From: a virus | IMG/VR virus record: IMGVR_UViG_3300025161_000006 | Span: 1-64,000 of that record | Strand: one strand, 5' to 3' | DNA length: 64,000 nt | In this document: in pieces, positions 58,333 to 64,000 of the stretch | How the letters are laid out: each line of letters begins with the position of its first letter | Position numbering within the stretch: the stretch's first letter is position 1 | Position numbers and translations under genes: made by a program | Notes under the pieces: model-generated | Database searches by the model: none | Told to the model about the DNA's origin: nothing | What the model saw: only the letters and a program-made list of their open reading frames with translations

Positions 58333-58626
58333 TTAAATATTATTTTTAAGCCAATTAAACGCCCATTTAATCCCAGCTTTTAAGCCATCGTAATAATCCT
58401 CACTTTCATAGCCATAAGGTATGAGCTCATTTATTTGTTCTTCTACTTCAGCATCAGTTGGTAATTTCTTAATAATGCTTTCTATTACTTCATCAGCCAT
58501 AGCAATTAAGGCATTAACGACGTCTTTCCTATCAAAATCAACTCCAAAGGTAGCTGGTGTATCTTTAGCAGTTATAAATTCAGAACACATTTGTTCTGCA
58601 AGCTGTTCGATTTTTTCCTGTGTCAT
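58333..58626 (-). CDS. Acidic helical protein, paralog of 58640-58924
   Basis: TFG, ALIAM, LP, LIP, ED..G...G shared with its paralog. Confidence 0.8.
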   Translation of the reverse strand: MTQEKIEQLAEQMCSEFITAKDTPATFGVDFDRKDVVNALIAMADEVIESIIKKLPTDAEVEEQINELIPYGYESEDYYDGLKAGIKWAFNWLKNNI

Positions 58627-58639
58627 AGTTTTAAATTTC

Positions 58640-58924
58640 TTAAAGATTATCTGTAATTAAATCAAGCAAAGTTTGCATACCTAATCTAATGCCCTCTCGC
58701 AAATCCTCATTCTCACCCCCACTTAAATCAACCCATGGTATTAAGCGCTCCAACTCATCCTGGTCTGGAAGTGATTGCTTCACTTTTTCCATTGTTTCAT
58801 AATGCATAGCAAGTAAAGCATCAATAATGTCTTCTTTTTCAACACTAATACCAAATGTTACCCTAATACCAATATGCTCATAATATACTTGCATCGCAAG
58901 ATTATCTATTTCTTGTGTTTTCAT
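58640..58924 (-). CDS. Acidic helical protein, paralog of 58333-58626
   Basis: TFG, ALLAM, LP, LIP, EDL.EG..LG. Confidence 0.8.
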   Translation of the reverse strand: MKTQEIDNLAMQVYYEHIGIRVTFGISVEKEDIIDALLAMHYETMEKVKQSLPDQDELERLIPWVDLSGGENEDLREGIRLGMQTLLDLITDNL

Positions 58925-58936
58925 AGTTATGCGAAT

Positions 58937-59422
58937 TTACTTTTTAAGTTTTTTATAGAAGTTCTTCAATGCAGGTTGATGCTTGACCAAAAATTTCCAA
59001 TCTTTTTTACGCAATATAGTGAATTTATAATATTCAACAAATTGCGGTCTTTCAAGCAATAATACAATCCAATCAAATCTATCTAATTTCTCCCAATTAC
59101 AAATATTTGCAAATTGTGGTTGATGGGATACCAGATAAACCCAATTATATCCCTCAAGTTTATCCCATTGACACAGTTCAGCATATTTAGGCTGATGTGA
59201 TAAAAGACTTGCCCAATCTATTCCACTTAATTTATCCCATGGACAATGTTCTTCAAACTGAACATAACCTCTGGAAAGTCTCCATAATCTTAATTTGAGT
59301 GGACACCTTTCAAATACTTCCTGTAAATTCTTACAATAATGATTGAATTCCTTACCTTCTTCACAAGACTCATTTATTTCCCACTCTTTATGGAGTTCTT
59401 CAAGTGTATTAAAGGTTTTCAT
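58937..59422 (-). CDS. 24-aa Trp-repeat protein, copy A2 (4 repeats)
   Basis: MKTFNTLEELHKEWE start identical to A1. Confidence 0.85.
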   Translation of the reverse strand: MKTFNTLEELHKEWEINESCEEGKEFNHYCKNLQEVFERCPLKLRLWRLSRGYVQFEEHCPWDKLSGIDWASLLSHQPKYAELCQWDKLEGYNWVYLVSHQPQFANICNWEKLDRFDWIVLLLERPQFVEYYKFTILRKKDWKFLVKHQPALKNFYKKLKK

Positions 59423-59432
59423 AATTCACTTT

Positions 59433-60026
59433 TTAATTTAACTTTTTATTTAAAATCTTTAAAGCATATTTTCGCCATTTATTTTTATGCTCGGAACAAT
59501 ATTCTTCTAAATATTCTGCATATTCCCAATTAAATTTTTCAGGGTCAAACCATTTGTCAAAATGTTGTGGACAATACACAACTAAATAATATGAATATTC
59601 CCAATTAAACTTTTCAGGGTCAAACCACTTATCAAAATATTTTGAACAATACATAGCTAAATAATGTAAATATTTCCAACTATATTTTTTAGGATTGAAC
59701 CATTTGTCAAAATCATTTTTAATATGATATTTTTTACCCAATATAATTTTATCTGTCCTCCATTTATCACCTTCAGGGTCTTTTACCACTCTTGCATCTT
59801 CTGGTATTGTTATTTCTCTAATCCAAGTACCATAATCGAAAAATTTGGGCAAATTTTCATAATCGGTAAAATAAAAACCACCAGGAACACAAGAAGCAGT
59901 TGAATCATCATTAAATTTTTGTTTAAGAATGTTTAACCCATCCTTGTACCGGTAACCATTATGAATTTCATTCTTTTTAGTTACTTTGTAATAAGTTTTA
60001 CTGTAGTCAAATTTTTCTTGTGCCAT
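59433..60026 (-). CDS. YKVT/GGFYFTD-domain protein, copy B2 (3 C-terminal 25-aa repeats)
   Basis: FDKWF[ND]P.K..W.Y..YL..YC x3; 75-bp DNA periodicity at 59520, 59595, 59670. Confidence 0.85.
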   Translation of the reverse strand: MAQEKFDYSKTYYKVTKKNEIHNGYRYKDGLNILKQKFNDDSTASCVPGGFYFTDYENLPKFFDYGTWIREITIPEDARVVKDPEGDKWRTDKIILGKKYHIKNDFDKWFNPKKYSWKYLHYLAMYCSKYFDKWFDPEKFNWEYSYYLVVYCPQHFDKWFDPEKFNWEYAEYLEEYCSEHKNKWRKYALKILNKKLN

Positions 60027-60063
60027 AATTTAATTTTTTAAAGTTTATCCTTAATGGCATTAC

Positions 60064-60297
60064 TTATTTATCCCAATTTCCAAATTCAATATAATCAGAC
60101 CATGGTTCAGGAATTTCCATTATTTCATTGTTCCTAACAAAAAAGTTTTTGCTTGTAAAATTATTTTCACAATTAATGTAAACTCCTTTTATTTTGGAGC
60201 TTTTCAATCTTGCTAATGAGTATATAACTATTTCTAAATCAGTCCCATACTCTTTTACCCAATTTTCCAAAAACGTTTGAAAAGTAGTTGTTTCCAT
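60064..60297 (-). CDS. Hypothetical protein
   Basis: 77-aa ORF with ACTATG start context. Confidence 0.65.
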   Translation of the reverse strand: METTTFQTFLENWVKEYGTDLEIVIYSLARLKSSKIKGVYINCENNFTSKNFFVRNNEIMEIPEPWSDYIEFGNWDK

Positions 60298-60333
60298 AGT
60301 ATCTTATATTTAATGTTATTGGTACTATTTTAA

Positions 60334-60687
60334 TTATAATTTTTTAACCAATGAATACGAATATTTATACTCCATAAACACTTCAAACCCATTACTAAAA
60401 TATAGATTTACTGCTTTATAATTAGCTTTTTCAACCATTAAGGTAATAATGCTTAATTTTAACTTGTTTTTTACATAATCAAATATTTTATTGAGTAATT
60501 GTTTTCCATAACCTTTTCCTTGAAAGGGTTCAAATACTTCCAGATTACAAACTGATACGTAATTTTCATCAAAAAATTCATCTGGCAATTCAATGCTAAG
60601 TTCAGCTCTTGCAATCCAAGTACCATCTTCAAACAGTTTAAGTGAATGGTTTTTATTTGCAAGCTTATAAGCTTTAAGTGTTTTCAT
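60334..60687 (-). CDS. GNAT-family acetyltransferase
   Basis: LEV..PFQGKGYGKQLL (motif A); L.V...N..A..LY...GF (motif B). Confidence 0.9.
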   Translation of the reverse strand: MKTLKAYKLANKNHSLKLFEDGTWIARAELSIELPDEFFDENYVSVCNLEVFEPFQGKGYGKQLLNKIFDYVKNKLKLSIITLMVEKANYKAVNLYFSNGFEVFMEYKYSYSLVKKL

Positions 60688-60707
60688 ACTATACAGTATA
60701 CATAGTA

Positions 60708-61016
60708 TTAAGGTAATATGTTTAGATAGTGAGTAACAAAGAAGTCATAAGCAGATAGCCCTGACTTCCTTACTTTCTCGTTGAATGTATTTACCATCTC
60801 TACTATGATAGCTTTGTTCTTTCTCATAATAGTAAATATCCTTGGGTCTTCACAGTTGTCAAGATAACATACATAGATAGTTTCGGACTTTGTTATGAAA
60901 GGCCAGGTTAAATTTTCATACTTATCTTTATGAGTAGAAATCTCCTCCTTTAGGATATTATAGATTTCCTCATAAGGTGTTGGGGTAGTTACTTTAGGTA
61001 AATCTTTTGTGTTCAT
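60708..61016 (-). CDS. Hypothetical protein
   Basis: 102-aa ORF in a co-oriented array. Confidence 0.65.
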   Translation of the reverse strand: MNTKDLPKVTTPTPYEEIYNILKEEISTHKDKYENLTWPFITKSETIYVCYLDNCEDPRIFTIMRKNKAIIVEMVNTFNEKVRKSGLSAYDFFVTHYLNILP

Positions 61017-61027
61017 ATTTTAACTTT

Positions 61028-61297
61028 TTAAGGACGTTCATTATATGCATTTATTTGAGCCTTATCAATCTTTTTTGGTAGCTCTTCAGAATAGGCATTG
61101 CCAATATTAATATGTTTTCCTTCATAAAATAAAAGGGTATATACATCCATTATATCAGCAGGAATATGAAAATAATCTCCCCCGAAGCAATAAACAAAGG
61201 TAGCCTCGTTATTTTGTTGCTCAAGGAATGTAACTTTATCTGTGTCAATAATAAAAGTTTTTTTGCTAAACTGCGAATAAATTTCAATTTTCTTCAT
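61028..61297 (-). CDS. Hypothetical protein
   Basis: 89-aa ORF in a co-oriented array. Confidence 0.65.
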   Translation of the reverse strand: MKKIEIYSQFSKKTFIIDTDKVTFLEQQNNEATFVYCFGGDYFHIPADIMDVYTLLFYEGKHINIGNAYSEELPKKIDKAQINAYNERP

Positions 61298-61314
61298 GAT
61301 TGAACTGTTTTAGA

Positions 61315-61617
61315 TTATACATTAAATATGTTAGATGCCTCATAACCAGCTTTGCTTAGTATATCTTTTATTATATTATCAGCATATTCCTTTTTTAATT
61401 GTTTTAAAATTTCACTTCCAATTAAAGAATCTGAAGAAAACGTATTCTTAAGCGAAAAATCAAATTCTTGGCCATTTTCTTTTGTTCCTTTAATGCGTAT
61501 ATGCCGTAAGTGATAAGGTAGAATTTCTATGAATTTCTTTATTAATTCATAAAGCTCTTGCTTAGCTTGGTAGGTAGCAAGCGCATCAATAGCCTCATTT
61601 AATCTGTTGGTTTCCAT
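61315..61617 (-). CDS. Hypothetical protein
   Basis: 100-aa ORF with CAACTATG start context. Confidence 0.65.
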   Translation of the reverse strand: METNRLNEAIDALATYQAKQELYELIKKFIEILPYHLRHIRIKGTKENGQEFDFSLKNTFSSDSLIGSEILKQLKKEYADNIIKDILSKAGYEASNIFNV

Positions 61618-61681
61618 AGTTGTAAATTTTTAAGATTAATAACCTAATTTATCTGGGGTTGTAATTAACCATTTTTATATA

Positions 61682-62005
61682 CTATCTCCAGGATTCTGGG
61701 CAGATAACAATTACAGTAGCCCCTTCACGTTCTAATACATACTTATGTCCAGGTTGTCCTTTTAAATCATTAAAGTAACATTCACTTATATAAGCATGTT
61801 CAATTTCAGGTAATTCATTTTGGCAATCTTCTACTTCTTTCTTATCTACTACCTCAAAATCAGTTGGAAGTACTAATTTACTTCCTAAAGGTGTTATTAC
61901 AGGTAATCCTTCTTGATTCCCCCAATGACAAGATATTAGAAGACTAGACTCTGGATATATAACTATGCCAGAACTTTTATTGGTAACATCATATAGTCTT
62001 TTCAT
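61682..62005 (-). CDS. Hypothetical protein
   Basis: 107-aa ORF in a co-oriented array. Confidence 0.65.
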   Translation of the reverse strand: MKRLYDVTNKSSGIVIYPESSLLISCHWGNQEGLPVITPLGSKLVLPTDFEVVDKKEVEDCQNELPEIEHAYISECYFNDLKGQPGHKYVLEREGATVIVICPESWR

Positions 62006-62016
62006 AAGGTAAAGAT

Positions 62017-62247
62017 TTAAAGAGATTTAAGAATACTCTTTAGCTCATCTTCTATATTTTCAAAAGATAAGGCTAAAATACATGAGGCAAAAGCTAATGT
62101 TTCACCTGAATATCTCTTACATAATTCTCTGTAAGCTTCTGATTTTTTGTCACAGGAGAATACCAACTCTGCACAAAGGTCAATAATCTCATCCTTTGTT
62201 TCTTTAGGAATATCTAAGGCTTCCCAAAGTGTTTTTTCTTTTTCTAT
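62017..62247 (-). CDS. Hidden 76-aa ORF with ATA start (or start-loss pseudogene): xEKEKTLWEALDIPKETKDEIIDLC...LKSL
   Basis: Open frame fills the gap between 62005 and 62273; ATTACT-ATA-GAA mimics the local ACT-ATG-GAA start context. Confidence 0.55.
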   Translation of the reverse strand: MEKEKTLWEALDIPKETKDEIIDLCAELVFSCDKKSEAYRELCKRYSGETLAFASCILALSFENIEDELKSILKSL

Positions 62248-62272
62248 AGTAATATATTTTAGTTATTTTTAT

Positions 62273-63196
62273 TTAAGGTAGCATTGCAACATATCTTAAT
62301 ACAGTCTTGTCAGGTGTAATATCATTATCTCTGTAATGAACCATATATCTGTCAGATGTATTATTAAGTTCAGTACTCCACCTATATCCTGTTACTGGAT
62401 TATAGATGATGTCAAGAATTTTAGCCAGTAATGTCTTTCCGCACAATCCTAATATTACAGCATTACCCACATCCATTTTGATATATATCCACTGTAATAT
62501 CTTCTTACCTATACTATTAGGAAGTACATGTAATTGCCAGGCTGCTATGTGACGTGCATAAGCAGGGAATAACAACTTAGCCCATTTATTGTAGGTTTTT
62601 TTGCCACAGAAAGATTCATCAAGACGGCTTAACATATATAGTTCTTCTCTGTCTAACCTGAATATTACCCTTACTGCATAGTTCCATAGCATAGTAAAGA
62701 ACATCTGGGGTATCATAATAAGATAATAGATGAAGTTCCATATCCTACTTGATAATATTATCCTTGCTGATTTAGAAAATAACTCTTCTGAGTTTTTAAC
62801 TACATCTCTTAGCACAATATTTTCCCATATCCACATATCAATAGTTCTGTTAAATTTATCAGATACTGCCCACTTCCTAAACCTTATAAATAGTCTTGCG
62901 TAAATTTTAAATGCTGGGTCATCTATTTCACGGTATGCTTTACTCATTGCCATCACCCAGTAAATAGTATGGTCTCTTGAAGTATCATAGTGGTCTTGAC
63001 AGGTTGGATGTCTATATAGGCGCATAGTTTTTTCTGCAACATTAAATGTTGCAGTATGCAGAAGTGAATGAGCATATTCAGGTTTACCTGTAGCCATATA
63101 CATTAGAGCTAATGTGCCTATGCTATCTCCCTTACCTTCATCTACAGTATTAGATGAGTCAAGGATAAAACCATAATTGTCAATATATCTTGCCAT
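62273..63196 (-). CDS. Hypothetical, mainly helical protein (likely start MARY at 63196)
   Basis: GKGDSIG, RHP...DTSRDH motifs; the longer upstream extension runs through a terminator hairpin. Confidence 0.75.
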   Translation of the reverse strand: MARYIDNYGFILDSSNTVDEGKGDSIGTLALMYMATGKPEYAHSLLHTATFNVAEKTMRLYRHPTCQDHYDTSRDHTIYWVMAMSKAYREIDDPAFKIYARLFIRFRKWAVSDKFNRTIDMWIWENIVLRDVVKNSEELFSKSARIILSSRIWNFIYYLIMIPQMFFTMLWNYAVRVIFRLDREELYMLSRLDESFCGKKTYNKWAKLLFPAYARHIAAWQLHVLPNSIGKKILQWIYIKMDVGNAVILGLCGKTLLAKILDIIYNPVTGYRWSTELNNTSDRYMVHYRDNDITPDKTVLRYVAMLP

Positions 63197-63215
63197 ATAC
63201 TCTCTTATTTGGGTT

Positions 63216-63252
63216 AAACATAAACAAAGGAGAGAGCACATGGCCCTCTCCT
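63216..63252 (-). terminator. Intrinsic terminator
   Basis: - strand AGGAGAGGGC-CATGT-GCTCTCTCCT-TTGTTT; the G-U pair works only on the - strand. Confidence 0.7.
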
Positions 63253-63422
63253 ATGGTTAATAAAGTGCATACTCCTTACTTTTTAATACTGCATATACAG
63301 TCTCAATGTAATAAGGAGGAAGATTGTATCTTTTCATACACAAATCCATATATTTGCGTGCTGCAGGTAACTGTTCCTTTCTGGTGCAATCGTTAATTAC
63401 ACGCAGGAGCTTAATTACAATA

Positions 63423-63884
63423 TCATTCAATGTCATGGCTGTAATGAGTTATAACTATGGCAAAAGCTTCTGATTTAAGTATTTGCTGTACAGACCATCT
63501 CTTGCCTACCCAGAAGTGGCGTGTAAATGCTGCTTTATCCAGCAAAAAAGCCTGATATAGTTCATATGTATTGGACAGGTCAAGGTCCGGTGGATATACT
63601 GCTCTGGTAATAACTATGTCATCAACAGTCTTATCATTATCTGCCACTAACCTCCAGAAGTCTCTCATACAATCATCCAAGCCTACAAGTGAACTCTTAT
63701 ACAGAGCAATGTATACATCTTGAGCATTCTCAGTCCATTCCTCAGGATTATTTAATCTTATAAAGCTACCCCAATGCGGGTCATCATCTTGTGGTACAGC
63801 TTGTGATGGGGAAAAGCCACGAATTTGAGAAAATACAGTTAAAGAAGTTAATGCAAATAGCATTAAAAGAAATAATCTTTTCAT
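63423..63884 (-). CDS. Secreted/periplasmic protein with Sec signal peptide
   Basis: MKRLFLLMLFALTSLTVFS-Q. Confidence 0.75.
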   Translation of the reverse strand: MKRLFLLMLFALTSLTVFSQIRGFSPSQAVPQDDDPHWGSFIRLNNPEEWTENAQDVYIALYKSSLVGLDDCMRDFWRLVADNDKTVDDIVITRAVYPPDLDLSNTYELYQAFLLDKAAFTRHFWVGKRWSVQQILKSEAFAIVITHYSHDIE

Positions 63885-64000
63885 AATACAAAACTTTAAA
63901 TTGTTAATACTTGGTTATTCAAGGTCTTCTGGACTTATGAACACCTCATCATTTATTGAGTTAGGTGCAGAAGTCCAATCATTTGTTTTAATCCTTCTAA

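Noticed and set aside
59500-59720. CRISPR-like array (regular repeats with variable intervals)
   Set aside because: The 75-bp period is in-frame coding repetition with codon-position divergence; no cas genes
61655-61670. TGTAATTA as a genome-wide operator motif
   Set aside because: This AT-rich 8-mer also occurs inside coding regions (e.g. ~22803, ~30831, ~58652); several chance hits are expected, so only the tandem arrangements are reported
63197-63241. N-terminal extension MCSLLCLCL of ORF 62273-63241
   Set aside because: It runs through a terminator hairpin; ATG at 63196 is the more plausible start

Overview
This window is about two-thirds of a crAss-like phage genome (Crassvirales). Gene order resembles what I recall for the phiCrAss001/phi14:2 group. 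The host is most likely Bacteroidota, given the TAnnTTTG promoters, SD-less A-rich translation starts and Q-rule signal peptides. The standard genetic code is used, and I see no introns, inteins, tRNAs or CRISPR arrays. Layout: (i) 1-1420 is a largely non-coding divergence region with a dense cluster of GC-rich hairpins and three-way junctions, G-run/A-tract repeats and a pure-AT tract. (ii) 1428-53691 on the + strand is the late block: packaging genes, TerL, portal, fibre module, scaffold, major capsid, ring proteins, a lysis cassette, muzzle, and four injected cargo proteins, including a 4.3k-aa virion RNA polymerase polyprotein. (iii) 53733-64000 on the - strand is the end of the convergent early/middle block, with a uracil-DNA glycosylase, a GNAT and an AT-rich island of duplicated small genes. 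The most unusual observations are: an 'accordion' of paralogous tandem-repeat proteins whose copies differ in repeat number (57.4-60.0 kb); a minus-strand structured-RNA/hairpin cluster at 50-365; five Phi-x-x-G-G motifs in a cargo protein plus a permuted papain-like peptidase (possible diGly polyprotein processing); a permuted SLOG domain at the RNAP C-terminus; a possible terminal-cysteine link between two cargo proteins; strong GATC avoidance; and a hidden ATA-start ORF. All family assignments come from motif recognition and recalled synteny, not database searches.
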